The notes beneath the pieces were generated by a model. The model was given only the letters and a program-made list of their open reading frames with translations, ran no database searches and had not been told where the DNA came from. The translations under genes and the position numbers were made by a program. DNA of 64,000 nucleotides from Candidatus Lernaella stagnicola (GTDB taxonomy: Bacteria > Lernaellota > Lernaellaia > Lernaellales > Lernaellaceae): positions 244,710 to 308,709 of the forward strand of contig JAVCCK010000034.1 of the NCBI GenBank assembly GCA_030765525.1, written 5' to 3'. This document shows positions 29,064 through 39,196 of the stretch, in pieces (the stretch's first letter is position 1; the number at the start of each line of letters is the position of its first letter).

Positions 29064-31144
29064 TTTTTCGGGAGCGCGCGAATCGCGGCCACGATGTCGT
29101 CCAGCGCGCCGACGCGTGCGAAAACTGCCGGTTGGCCGACGAGCGCCGCCGCCCGCGTCACTTGGCGGCCGCTAAATGTTTCGCCGGTGAACACGTTTTC
29201 CCATTGTCCGTCGGGGAAGTAGACGGTGACTTCCTTGACGCCTTTTTCCACGACCGGTGCAAACACCATGTCCTCGCCGATCATCCACTGCCGGTGTGCT
29301 GAGTAGGCTGGTTCCCAATCGGGATCGACCAGCGCCGTGTGGCGAACAATCGGCAGCCCCGTCGCCTGCGCCTCTTCCGCCAGTTCCCTGAAATAGGGAA
29401 ACATGGCCGCGTGAATTTTGCCGAATCGCGCGAACATGGCCAGGGTATCGGCGGCGGAATCGAACTGGTGATTTTCGAGTTTCTGCAAGCCATCATGATT
29501 GCGCATCACGGGCGTGAAGGCTCCCAGTTCCGTCCAACGCCAGAAGAGTTCCTTTTCGCGCGGGCCGCCCGAAAAACCGCCGATGTCGTGCGAGAAGAAG
29601 GGAATGCCCGCCAACCCGAGGGTCAACCCGGCGGCAATCACCGTCGGGAAACCGTCGGCCTCGTCCCAGGTGGCCTCCTGGTCGCCCGCCCACACGATCT
29701 GCGCCGTCTGGTGGTCGCCGGTGTAGCCGCTACGGGTGAATATCGCGAAGTCGCCGTCCGGATAGGCCTGCTCGAGCACCTCGCGATTGATGCGGTGCCA
29801 TTGGCTGGGATAGCGGTTGTGATACCACGCCGCGTCGCCCTCGTGCAGCGCCGCGTTGTAGGGCAGCCACTCGCCGAAATCGCACATCCAACCCTTCATA
29901 CCCAGGTCCACCGCGCGCCGGGCGTAATGCTTGAAGTACGCCACCGCACCGGGATCGGTCAGGTCGACGAGCGTTCCGACAAACGTGCTGATGGGAAACA
30001 GGTAGGGATCGCCGCGAGGGGTTTCGATCAGGTAACCGCGCTCCCGCATTTCGTTGTAGTGCTCGTAGGCCGGGGCGACAAATGGATTGAAGTAGCCCAA
30101 GAAGCGCACGCCTTCTTCGGCCAGCGCGTCGATGAATCCCGGCAAGAACGGATACAACTCTTCGTCGTGAATCCACCGGTACTTCACACCGTAGTTGCCC
30201 AAACCGAAATTCCGAATGCCCAGCCAATCCTGCGCCCACACCGCGGTGACCGGCACGCCCGCGTCCAGCGCGTTGCGCACCCGCTGCGCGACAAGTTCCG
30301 TGCCGCCCTGCGCGGCGATCCAGACGCCCTCGAAGGCCCAATCGGGAGGCAACGTTTTAGGGCGTCCGACCTCTTGGGTCAGTTGGCCGATGACGTCGTA
30401 GCCCGTCGGTCCCGGAAACAGAAGAATGCTTGCGCCGCGGCCATTCCACACTTCCAGCGTCCATTCCTGCGGCGTGGCGGAACCTAGGTCGAAGCGCGAG
30501 AACTCGCTGTTTTCTAGCAGTAAGCCCTTGCCGGCCTCCGGGTCGAGGAAGTAGGGCATTGGGAAATAGGTTTCGAGCTTGCTGCCGAAGGGGGGCAGCG
30601 CCGGATAGGCCAGCCGGCCCAAGCCCTGCTCGGCGACCCATATCGGCACCCGCTTGCCGCGCATTTCGATGAAATTGTATTGCTCGCCGAAGCCCCAAAA
30701 TCGGGCACCGTCCTCGAGGCGAAAGCGCAGTTTCAGCCCGTCATAACCGGCTTGCTCAACGGCCACGCGCATGCGCAGATTGTCGCCCGCGGCGTGTTCG
30801 AAGATGATAGCTCCGACGATTTCGCCGCCCGCCGTGATATAGGGGCGTCCGTCACGCAGGCTGATTTGAAAGTGACTCGCCTTCTCGTTTTTGGTCTGAA
30901 AGCGAAACTGGCCGAACAGCATCGGCACCTGCACGTCGAAGGTGAGGGCGTCGACGCCGGTAACGGCTTGCATGAGGCGCTCGCCGTACCAGATTTCCAG
31001 GGCGCCGTCGTCGCCTGCCAGCCAATGCCAGCCGGGCGGATGAACGAAGGCGGAGGAATTGTCGTCGTCATCATCGTCGCCGGCGCACGACGCCAGCGCG
31101 ACAGTCACCAACAAAAGAGCGAGTAAGAAAACGTATTTGCGCAT
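29060..31144 (-). CDS. glycoside hydrolase family 31 (alpha-glucosidase/alpha-xylosidase-like) lipoprotein
   Basis: Lipobox ALASC followed by GDDDDDDNSS. GH31 catalytic region GWMCDFGE, plus conserved WAGD, HDIGGF and RNH blocks. Confidence 0.85.
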   Translation of the reverse strand: MRKYVFLLALLLVTVALASCAGDDDDDDNSSAFVHPPGWHWLAGDDGALEIWYGERLMQAVTGVDALTFDVQVPMLFGQFRFQTKNEKASHFQISLRDGRPYITAGGEIVGAIIFEHAAGDNLRMRVAVEQAGYDGLKLRFRLEDGARFWGFGEQYNFIEMRGKRVPIWVAEQGLGRLAYPALPPFGSKLETYFPMPYFLDPEAGKGLLLENSEFSRFDLGSATPQEWTLEVWNGRGASILLFPGPTGYDVIGQLTQEVGRPKTLPPDWAFEGVWIAAQGGTELVAQRVRNALDAGVPVTAVWAQDWLGIRNFGLGNYGVKYRWIHDEELYPFLPGFIDALAEEGVRFLGYFNPFVAPAYEHYNEMRERGYLIETPRGDPYLFPISTFVGTLVDLTDPGAVAYFKHYARRAVDLGMKGWMCDFGEWLPYNAALHEGDAAWYHNRYPSQWHRINREVLEQAYPDGDFAIFTRSGYTGDHQTAQIVWAGDQEATWDEADGFPTVIAAGLTLGLAGIPFFSHDIGGFSGGPREKELFWRWTELGAFTPVMRNHDGLQKLENHQFDSAADTLAMFARFGKIHAAMFPYFRELAEEAQATGLPIVRHTALVDPDWEPAYSAHRQWMIGEDMVFAPVVEKGVKEVTVYFPDGQWENVFTGETFSGRQVTRAAALVGQPAVFARVGALDDIVAAIRALPKN

Positions 31145-31263
31145 ACCGCATTCCTAAGATTACTTTGCGACGGCTTGATGGCCCGCACGTTCATTCTTTC
31201 GAGAGTGCGCTTCTTACGCAAGACCCGCTTCATCATGTTGTTGCGGCGTCGACGTGGGGCCAT

Positions 31264-31290
31264 AAAAAAAGGCGCGCCGCGGCGCGCCTT
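31264..31290 (-). terminator. rho-independent terminator downstream of the flotillin gene (minus strand)
   Basis: Perfect palindrome GGCGCGCC-GC-GGCGCGCC followed on the minus strand by T7. Confidence 0.55.
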
Positions 31291-31309
31291 GGGACGTTAT
31301 GTTCGTGCC

Positions 31310-32692
31310 TTACTCGTCGGTGACGGGCGGCTCCTCTTCCTGGCGCTTGCCGAAGTACTCCGGCAGGTTCAGGCCGACCATCTTGAACAAATCGTGGAAC
31401 TGCGGCAGAGAACTGATCATTCCCGAAAGAAACTGAGCCGTTTTGGGCGATCCGTCCGGCCCGCTCATGTTGTCCCACACGGTCACGTTGTCGATGTGCA
31501 GGTTCTTGATCGCCTCGACCTGGATCCGGGCGATTTCCGGCATTTGCTGGGCGATCATCAGCATCACGGCCTTATCCGGGTCGCCGCCGGCGGCCCGCAC
31601 GTATTCCATGAGGCCCTCGGCTTGTTTGGCCAGGGTTTGGAACATACCGCGCGCCCGGCCTTCCATTTCGTTGTAGAGCGCGTCGCCGCGACCCTTGGCT
31701 TCCAGCCGCAACTTATCGGCCTCGGCTTCGGCGGCGATGCGGATTTGTTCTTTGTCGATTTCGGCCAAAACGACCGTGTCCGCGTATTGGGTGGCGCGAT
31801 CGCGCTCGGCGCGTTGCTTCTCGGCTTCGGCTTCGGACTGATAGGCTTCCTCCAGCGCCTTGGCTTGTTGCACCTTTTCGGCCGCTTCGGAGAGGCGGCT
31901 TGCCGCGGCTTCCTTGACTTGCCGGTCGGCGTTGGAGTTGGCGACAGATACGCGGGCGGTGTTCTCGCCGTTTACCGCTTCGGCATCGGCGGCGGCGACC
32001 CGAATGCGCTTTTCGCGGTTGGCTTCGGCCGCGCCGATGGCGCCGTTACGCTCTTTCTCCGCGACCTTGATCTTCGCTTCGTTGATCGCTTCAGCCGCTG
32101 CTTCCTTGCCCAGCGCTTCGATGTAACCCGACTCGTCGGTGATGTCCTTGATGTTCACGTTGATCAGCCGCAGGCCGACTTTGCGCAACTCGCCTTCCAC
32201 GTTCAGGCTGACGTTGGCCAGAAACTTGTCGCGGTCGGCGTTGATTTCCTCGATGTCCATCGTGGCGATCGTCAGGCGCAACTGGCCGAAAATAATATCT
32301 TCGGCGACCTGACGGATGGCGTTGTGGGGCAAACCGAGCAGGCGCTCGGCAGCGTTCTGCATCGTGCCTTCGTCCGTCGAGATACCAACGGTGAACACCG
32401 AAGGTACGTTGATGCGGATGTTCTGCTTGGAAAGCGCGGAACGAAGGTCGATGTCGATGGCGATCGGTGTCAGATCGAGGTAAGCGTAGTCCTGCAAAAG
32501 CGGCCACACGAAGGCTGCGCCTCCGTGTATGCAATTGGACGTGCGGGCCAGGCCTGTGGTGGAATCCGTGCCGGTTTTACCGTAGATAACCAGAACTTTG
32601 TCCGACGGACAACGTTTGTACCGGCGAATGGCGGCGAGGAAAATCCCGAAGAAGGCGAAAGCCAGAATAGTGACGAAAATCATCAGATACAC
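31310..32692 (-). CDS. flotillin-like SPFH/band-7 protein (FloT/YqiK type)
   Basis: N-terminal TM, SPFH domain, long EA-rich coiled coil (AEAEKQRAERDRA...), flotillin C-terminal region. Confidence 0.9.
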   Translation of the reverse strand: MYLMIFVTILAFAFFGIFLAAIRRYKRCPSDKVLVIYGKTGTDSTTGLARTSNCIHGGAAFVWPLLQDYAYLDLTPIAIDIDLRSALSKQNIRINVPSVFTVGISTDEGTMQNAAERLLGLPHNAIRQVAEDIIFGQLRLTIATMDIEEINADRDKFLANVSLNVEGELRKVGLRLINVNIKDITDESGYIEALGKEAAAEAINEAKIKVAEKERNGAIGAAEANREKRIRVAAADAEAVNGENTARVSVANSNADRQVKEAAASRLSEAAEKVQQAKALEEAYQSEAEAEKQRAERDRATQYADTVVLAEIDKEQIRIAAEAEADKLRLEAKGRGDALYNEMEGRARGMFQTLAKQAEGLMEYVRAAGGDPDKAVMLMIAQQMPEIARIQVEAIKNLHIDNVTVWDNMSGPDGSPKTAQFLSGMISSLPQFHDLFKMVGLNLPEYFGKRQEEEPPVTDE

Positions 32693-32723
32693 AGTGCATC
32701 CTCCTTATCGCAACAGATGTGTT

Positions 32724-33341
32724 TTAGGTCTCTTTGACCACCAGTACCATATCTTGGTCGATGATATCCACGACCTGGATTCGGGCGCCGGTGGGTAGTT
32801 CTTCGCCGTCAGTATACGCGTTGAGTTCGCGCAGGTGCCCTTGGATTATTACCGTCACTTTCCCGTAGCCCGACCGTTCGGCCGGGATCCGTAGATACAC
32901 TTCGCCCGTTTGGAACAGCGCGTTGCGCGTGCGTACGGTCCCTTCCTCGGATAACTTGTTCAGAGTGTAGAAAATCCAAGCGAACAGCAGCATGAACGCG
33001 AAACCGGAGACCGTCGCAATCAACGAGGCGACGAAAGCGACCAGGCCCGCGTTGACCCCGGCAAGGCCGATCCAGGCGAACGCGGTGAAGAAAATGATCA
33101 AGCCCTTGACCGAGAAGATTCTTATCCCGCTGCCGTGATCGGCCGCGTCGGTGTCGGAGTCGACATCGAAATCCGCCGCGTCGATGCCGTCCAGGCCGCT
33201 CATATCGGCGTCGGTATCGGTTTCGCCGCCGATGCCGACCAGTTCCAGTACGACTTGCAGCAACGTCAGCAGCGACGAGGGCACCGCAATCACCCAAAGG
33301 ACTTTTTGGAAGAGGGACAGGGCCTCCCACCATTCCGTCAT
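32724..33341 (-). CDS. NfeD-like membrane protein (flotillin-associated, YqiJ type)
   Basis: Hydrophobic N-terminal half with acidic loops. C-terminal OB-fold-like EVYLRIPAERSGYGKVTVIIQGHLRELNAYTDGEELPTGARIQVVDI. Immediately upstream of the flotillin gene. Confidence 0.75.
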   Translation of the reverse strand: MTEWWEALSLFQKVLWVIAVPSSLLTLLQVVLELVGIGGETDTDADMSGLDGIDAADFDVDSDTDAADHGSGIRIFSVKGLIIFFTAFAWIGLAGVNAGLVAFVASLIATVSGFAFMLLFAWIFYTLNKLSEEGTVRTRNALFQTGEVYLRIPAERSGYGKVTVIIQGHLRELNAYTDGEELPTGARIQVVDIIDQDMVLVVKET

Positions 33342-33544
33342 GACGCACCCTCCCTGACGTAGGCGTTGAATCGAAGTCGAAAGCGAAACTGTGTTGTTGA
33401 ACCGCTCGGCTACTATAGCCGAAAGGATTCGACGGTAAAAGCCGATCGACCTTCGATTGTCGGAGTTACGAGTTTGTCGACTGGTTGATCAGACCACGCG
33501 CGTCGCGGTTTGGTTCCTTGTATCCTTCGGCCTGTGCGGGCGCT

Positions 33545-34579
33545 CTACCACTTGGCGAAGTGTTCCTCACAGAACCCGTAGAGCGTCACGTCGTGCTTTG
33601 TGCGACCGACTTTGATCTCGCCCTCGAACTGGCCGAAGGGTTGATGCAAACGGCTCGCGGCGATCAGCAGGTTGGCCGCCTCAAAACGCTCGTGATCGGG
33701 GGTGAACTCGAGGTCCACGTCCCCCTCCGGCGTCCACACGCGCCACGGTTTGCCCAGCACGTCCCGCTGGTCGTAGTCGAAATTGACGCCGCCGATCATA
33801 TGCGGTTGGCCGTCGATCCACACCGTGTTTTCGGTGTAACCCGAGGTGATCAATCCGGTTGAGAAATTCACGCCCACCGCCTTGCCGGAGGCGGCGTGCC
33901 CGGCGGCCGCGGCCCAGTTCCAAATTGTGTTGCGCGGCGGCGTGGCCGAAGACCAATCCAGAATCGCCATCGCTTTGTCCGACAACGCGACCTTCTCGCC
34001 GCCGACCACGATGTGCCCGGTCGCCGGCAGGCCGACGAATTTGTACGTGTGGCCGAAGCCGTACATCGCCATCCGCGTGACCGTCGAAACGCCGTCGCCG
34101 TTCTCACTAAACGCGACTTCCGCAGTGATCTCGCCGCAGCGCAGGTGCAACTCGCGACGGCCGTCCGCCGGCGTATTCTGCATACGGATGAAGTCGTTCC
34201 CGACGCGAATCTCGCTGACGCCTTGCGCGGCCGAGCGCGAGAATGCCGTGTTCTTGGCCAACGGCGATTTCAGGTTCTTTTCGGCGAGTTGCCGTCGATT
34301 GCGGTCGTAGACGTAAGCAAAACCCGCGCCCGCGTATTGCAGGTGAATCACTGCCGCGCCCAAAACGAACCCCTCGTCGATCACGCCAACGAACTGCCAG
34401 CGTTTCAGCAGCTTGTCGGCTGTGCTGTGGAGCGCCGACCACGGCCAGCGTTGCAGGCCCGTATAGTCAAAACACTCGTGATTACATTCGGCGATCGGGC
34501 CGCGGAAGTTTCCGTAATTCGGGATACCGTTTTCGGCGATCAAAATCGCCGGAGCATCGGTGAGAGCAACGGGCGCCAT
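33545..34579 (-). CDS. hypothetical protein (possibly DUF2804-like)
   Basis: Start MAPVALTDAP chosen. No recognisable catalytic motifs. Family guess is from memory only. Confidence 0.45.
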   Translation of the reverse strand: MAPVALTDAPAILIAENGIPNYGNFRGPIAECNHECFDYTGLQRWPWSALHSTADKLLKRWQFVGVIDEGFVLGAAVIHLQYAGAGFAYVYDRNRRQLAEKNLKSPLAKNTAFSRSAAQGVSEIRVGNDFIRMQNTPADGRRELHLRCGEITAEVAFSENGDGVSTVTRMAMYGFGHTYKFVGLPATGHIVVGGEKVALSDKAMAILDWSSATPPRNTIWNWAAAAGHAASGKAVGVNFSTGLITSGYTENTVWIDGQPHMIGGVNFDYDQRDVLGKPWRVWTPEGDVDLEFTPDHERFEAANLLIAASRLHQPFGQFEGEIKVGRTKHDVTLYGFCEEHFAKW

Positions 34580-34707
34580 GGTTCGTTCCTTTGTCGGTTG
34601 TATGTGGGGCGCATTTTGGCCCGTGGCGGGAAGCCTTGCAAGCGCGTGGCGGCACAAAAACGGCCCGCCGTGGCGAGCCGTTCCAGGAATCGATTGTTAG
34701 CTGTAAC

Positions 34708-35394
34708 TCACAGCGGGGTTAATGTGACGTCGAAGCTCGTCGCCAATTCGATTTCCAGATCCGGCTCCATGTCCAGTTCGACACCGTGAGTCGGCACGGC
34801 CAGACGCAGGCAGAATGCGAACGGCGAGGTGAAGTCGAGCAACTGATCCTCCAATTCGCTTTCGCCGCCGCTGAGGAAGGTTGCGTCGGTCCACGAGTTC
34901 ACGTTCGTGCCCGCCGGGATTTCGATGCGCGCAATGCGTTTATCGTTCGGCAACTTTGTCGGGTCGACGAGCACGAAATCGAGGCTGGACAGATCGATAT
35001 CCACGCCGTCGGGCGGAACGAGCGGCGAGGGCACAGACGAAAGCAGGAAGATATCAAGATTGCCACCCTCGGCAACACGATTTTTCCCAATCTTGTAGGT
35101 CATGTCCTTGATTTCGATATCATCGATGTGACTTTTGGCGGAATTCCACAGGTCGGCGTAATCCGTGGCCGACATGAGGGTGTTGATCGTTACGGTCTCC
35201 GAATAGCACACGGCCGTCAGTTTGTAGCCGGCCTGCTCGATGGCGTACATCGGTACCGGCTCGTCGGTAATATCCAAGTCGAAGCTTTCGGTTTGGCCCA
35301 CAGCGTCGTTGATTTCATCTTCGAGTTTTTCGCACGCCGCGAAAATCAGGCTCAAAGCCGCCAGGGCGAAAACGGCAATCATTAATTTGCGCAT
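34708..35394 (-). CDS. hypothetical lipoprotein with acidic N-terminal region
   Basis: Lipobox IFAAC followed by EKLEDEINDA. Confidence 0.5.
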   Translation of the reverse strand: MRKLMIAVFALAALSLIFAACEKLEDEINDAVGQTESFDLDITDEPVPMYAIEQAGYKLTAVCYSETVTINTLMSATDYADLWNSAKSHIDDIEIKDMTYKIGKNRVAEGGNLDIFLLSSVPSPLVPPDGVDIDLSSLDFVLVDPTKLPNDKRIARIEIPAGTNVNSWTDATFLSGGESELEDQLLDFTSPFAFCLRLAVPTHGVELDMEPDLEIELATSFDVTLTPL

Positions 35395-35576
35395 GGATTT
35401 CCTCCAGGTTCGTCGAGTTCCTTCAATAGGCTACTTTAATGCGATTTCCTCTTCTTCGCCAGCGCGAAATGACGAATCGGCTTGACGGCACCGAAACGCT
35501 ACCAAGATAATCGGACACCGGTCGCCCACTCGGGTGCCGGCCGCCCCGGCCCGGAAGGCCCTTGAGGAATACGCCG

Positions 35577-36677
35577 ATGTTCTGGTTGCTGAAAGTGTTT
35601 GCGATTCTCGTGGCGATTTACGCCTTGGTGCAAATCATCCGCGCCCGTTATCGTGCCCGCCCCACCCAAGACGAAACCCACTTTGTCTCCACCGGCGACG
35701 GCTGGCGCATCGCCCTGCATCGCTATCGGCCGCGCGGCGAGAAGCCGCACGCTGAACCGGTGTTGCTGCATCACGGCCTGACCGCCAACCACCGGGGCTA
35801 CGACCTGGGTGTTGGTGCGGCCGAGGATCCGGCGCCGTCGATCGCGCACTGGCTGGCCGATCGCGGTTACGACGTGTGGGTGATCGACCTGCGGGGCCGG
35901 GGGGAGAGCGAACGGGCCGGCATCTGGCGCGACAAGTCATGGAAGTGGACCGTCGACGATTACGTCAACTTCGACGACCCGGCCGCCGTCGATTACATCC
36001 TGAGCCGCTCGCCTCACCAAAAGCTGCACTGGATCGGTCACAGCATGGGCGGCATTTTGCTCTTTTGCCATTTGGGTTTGTTCGGCTCGCCGAAAATCGC
36101 CAGCGGCATCACCGTCGGCAGCGGTATCGACTACCTGGACACGGGCTCGAAATACCAACCTGTCGCCGGTATCCGCGGTCTCGTGAAAAACTGGGGTCGG
36201 ATCCCGGCCGGTTTTTTCAGTACGTTGATCGCGCCGCTGGCCGGTCGCGGTCTCGGCGACTTCTTGGAGGGCTTCAATTACTACCCGCCCAACACGGCGC
36301 CGCGCGCGGCGCGCACGATAACCGCGAATTGCATCCAAGACACCAGCGCGCGCGTGTTTTACCAGTTGGCTTCCATGTTCCAGCCCGGCGGCCTGACTAC
36401 TTTCGATGGCGGCGTACGCTACGCGGACCTGCTGGTCAACGTCACCACGCCGGTGCTTTTGATCGCCGGCGACGCCGACCAACAAGCTTCGCCCACCACG
36501 TCGGAGAAGACGCTGGGCCTGCTGCCGGCCGGTCCTCACAAGACCGCGTTTTTCGGAAGCGAGTACGGCCACAGTACGCCCTACGGCCATTTCGACCTGC
36601 TGGTGGGCCGCCGCGCCGACGAAGAAGTCTTTCCGGTAATTTTGGATTGGCTGGGGGCGCATTCGGCCAAGAAATAG
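35577..36677 (+). CDS. alpha/beta-hydrolase fold protein with N-terminal membrane anchor
   Basis: N-terminal TM helix. Nucleophile elbow GHSMGG. Asp and His near the C-terminus (GDAD..., GHFDLL). Confidence 0.8.
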   Translation: MFWLLKVFAILVAIYALVQIIRARYRARPTQDETHFVSTGDGWRIALHRYRPRGEKPHAEPVLLHHGLTANHRGYDLGVGAAEDPAPSIAHWLADRGYDVWVIDLRGRGESERAGIWRDKSWKWTVDDYVNFDDPAAVDYILSRSPHQKLHWIGHSMGGILLFCHLGLFGSPKIASGITVGSGIDYLDTGSKYQPVAGIRGLVKNWGRIPAGFFSTLIAPLAGRGLGDFLEGFNYYPPNTAPRAARTITANCIQDTSARVFYQLASMFQPGGLTTFDGGVRYADLLVNVTTPVLLIAGDADQQASPTTSEKTLGLLPAGPHKTAFFGSEYGHSTPYGHFDLLVGRRADEEVFPVILDWLGAHSAKK

Positions 36678-37071
36678 ATTTTCGACAAAACGGCGCGGTT
36701 GCCGGAGCCACTCTCGGCGCGGAGTGACCGTTCGTCTCTTTCGCTGCAGGCCGAGCGCAGGTCACCGAATTATGAAATACTTTTCGGTTTGTTGGAAATA
36801 ATTTCAACATTTTAGGTGAGCCTCGATTTCGGGTGTTGGCCACCCGCGCCCTATCATGCCGGAAAACAAGGCAAAGTAACCCTTTGATACTACTTCGTAA
36901 ATCCGGAATGGATATTGCATCTCAAAAAACCGTTACGGATTGGGGAATCACATTGGTTTGCGTATGGCAAATCGCCGGGCGTGTAAGTGGATTCTCAACA
37001 TAGACGGACACATCTCAGGGGCAAAATCCGAAACACCCGGCTACCGCGCTTACCGCACCAAGGAGGTTGCT

Positions 37072-39138
37072 GTGAGATTCATCTGTCCGGTTTTATGTGT
37101 ATTCGCGCTCATCCTCGTGCCGACGATCACACTGGGCGCCGGTGCGCAGTACCACGTGCTCGACGGCGATTCTGATGGTGTGTCGCCCTTCTACCAACTC
37201 CGCCACCTCGAAGGTGGTTTGATCGAAAACTTTGAACTGCAAGCGGGACCCGATGGCAACCCGATCGCCTTGCTTAAAATCGGTGGCGCGCTTTACGTCG
37301 GGCGGCACGATGGCCTGGGCGAATTCGATCTCTCCTTCGTGGCCTCGCAAGTCGGTTTGGCAGCCTTCGACATCGGCGAAAACGGCGAAGCGCACATCGT
37401 GTATGAGGATATCCACGCCCAAAGCCTGTGCTACGCCAACGAGGCCGACGGTGGCTTCCGCATCACGACTCTCATTGATCCGTACGTCTACGTCGAATTT
37501 TACCCCCCAACCTTCGATGTCGCCGCAGTCCCCAGCGGCGGGGCGATCGTGGTCGCCCATGATCCAGTCACATACAATCTGACGATTTTCGACGACCCCC
37601 AAACGCCCGGCGATCCCTACGTAGAAAGAACCAGCGACCTTTTCACCCTACAGGTCGGCGTCAACGATGCCGGGGAAATCCACGTCGTCATCGGCAAGGG
37701 AGAAGCCGTCCCGAAATTGGTGCATGGCATTTTCAACGGCGAGGGTTGGGATAGCCAAACCGAAATCGCATTACCTAACACCAATCTGCCTGCCGCCCTG
37801 GAATTCGACAACGAGGGAAGCCCTGTTGTCGCCTACTTGGATTCCATCTTCACCGCCAGCGTCGCCCAGCTCGTGGAAGGTGAGTGGACAAGCAGACAGG
37901 CCATCCGCTATTTCGGCATGCTGCTCCGGGTCAAGCTTTCCATTTCGACTCCCGGGAATGTCGTGCACGTCACCGCAGACGGCATGAACGCTGCTTGGTA
38001 CGCGAACAACGCCACCGGTGAGTGGATGTCCGAGATCGCGCTGCGCAGCTACGGGACTTCCGGCGCGGTCGGTGTCTCCGCGACCACGGCGTACCTTAAT
38101 CATGCCCCCCACCGTAGGTCCGAAGCCCCCTACGATTACTATCTCCTCTGGCGCAACGGCGAACACTGGGTGGAGCGCTATGTCCGCCGGCCCATCGATG
38201 TCGATGCACCCGAGGTCGAATCGTTTGTTGGCGGTGACGAGAAGGCGCTCGTGATCATTGCCAAATCCAATACGACAATCTCCGCTTACTCCCAACTACT
38301 GCTCATGTACGGCGATCAGGGCGCTTGGCGTCGCATGATCGTTTACGAAGGGCCGGAGGGCATATACGACGCCGCGTTGGCTCGTGCCCCGCAAAATAGT
38401 TGGCACGTGGTCTTCAATCCCAGCCGCGTCCTGAAGTATGCGCGCGTGACGCCGCAAGACGTGAGCACGGAACAAATCGCCCCCTGGGCCGACAGGCCGT
38501 CGATCACGGTGGATCCCGCCGGTCGGCCGCACGTCGTCTACTGGGATGAAGAAGACCGGCCCGTGTATGCGGTGCGGTGGGGCGGCGAGTGGCACAGGGA
38601 AATCATCGGCGAAGGGGATTTCGCTTACCGTGGCAACCCCCACGCGCGGGTGGCGGCCGATGGCTCGATCTACGTTGTGATTGAGTACCAAAACTCCGCC
38701 ATCCACGTATTCCAACGTCGGCTCGACGGTTGGAGGTTGGAATTCACATCAGAACCCTGGGCCAATTTCGGTGACGTGGAGACCGACGCAAGCGGCGCCG
38801 TTCACATGGTATACGACGTTCACCGCGAGTTGCACTACGTCACCAACAAGGGCGGCAAGTGGTTCACAAAGACGTGGACCACACTCTCGGGCTTTCGGTC
38901 CGCGGATATCCTGGTAAAGCCGGGCGGCGTTGACTTGGCCGTCGCGTGGACCGATTCCGGCGATGGCTGGATATTCACCCGCATCCCCGACCTGTCGGAC
39001 GATTGGCAAGTCGAGTACGTCCCGATTAGCACCGGCGGCGCTGTCGATGCCGCGCTTACGCTCGAACTCGACGGTCGACTCTACGCTCTTTTCAACGGCG
39101 ACCGGGCTATGTGGATGGCTACCATCGACTTCGAATAA
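37072..39138 (+). CDS. secreted multi-blade beta-propeller-like repeat protein (novel repeat)
   Basis: GTG start 5 nt after AGGAGG. Signal peptide. At least 8 repeats of about 45-60 aa sharing Hx[VI]VY[ED] ... G[EG]W...EI (e.g. EAHIVYED, EIHVVIGKGE, PHVVYWDEED, SIYVVIEYQ, AVHMVYDVH). Confidence 0.6.
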   Translation: MRFICPVLCVFALILVPTITLGAGAQYHVLDGDSDGVSPFYQLRHLEGGLIENFELQAGPDGNPIALLKIGGALYVGRHDGLGEFDLSFVASQVGLAAFDIGENGEAHIVYEDIHAQSLCYANEADGGFRITTLIDPYVYVEFYPPTFDVAAVPSGGAIVVAHDPVTYNLTIFDDPQTPGDPYVERTSDLFTLQVGVNDAGEIHVVIGKGEAVPKLVHGIFNGEGWDSQTEIALPNTNLPAALEFDNEGSPVVAYLDSIFTASVAQLVEGEWTSRQAIRYFGMLLRVKLSISTPGNVVHVTADGMNAAWYANNATGEWMSEIALRSYGTSGAVGVSATTAYLNHAPHRRSEAPYDYYLLWRNGEHWVERYVRRPIDVDAPEVESFVGGDEKALVIIAKSNTTISAYSQLLLMYGDQGAWRRMIVYEGPEGIYDAALARAPQNSWHVVFNPSRVLKYARVTPQDVSTEQIAPWADRPSITVDPAGRPHVVYWDEEDRPVYAVRWGGEWHREIIGEGDFAYRGNPHARVAADGSIYVVIEYQNSAIHVFQRRLDGWRLEFTSEPWANFGDVETDASGAVHMVYDVHRELHYVTNKGGKWFTKTWTTLSGFRSADILVKPGGVDLAVAWTDSGDGWIFTRIPDLSDDWQVEYVPISTGGAVDAALTLELDGRLYALFNGDRAMWMATIDFE

Positions 39139-39196
39139 ACCGCAAACAGTTCGCGCCCCTTAACGCTGATTTTCGCGCGAAGGGGCGCTCCTTTTT

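Noticed and set aside
29339-30487. 382-aa ORF antisense to the GH31 gene
   Set aside because: Antisense to a gene with conserved GH31 blocks; no motifs.
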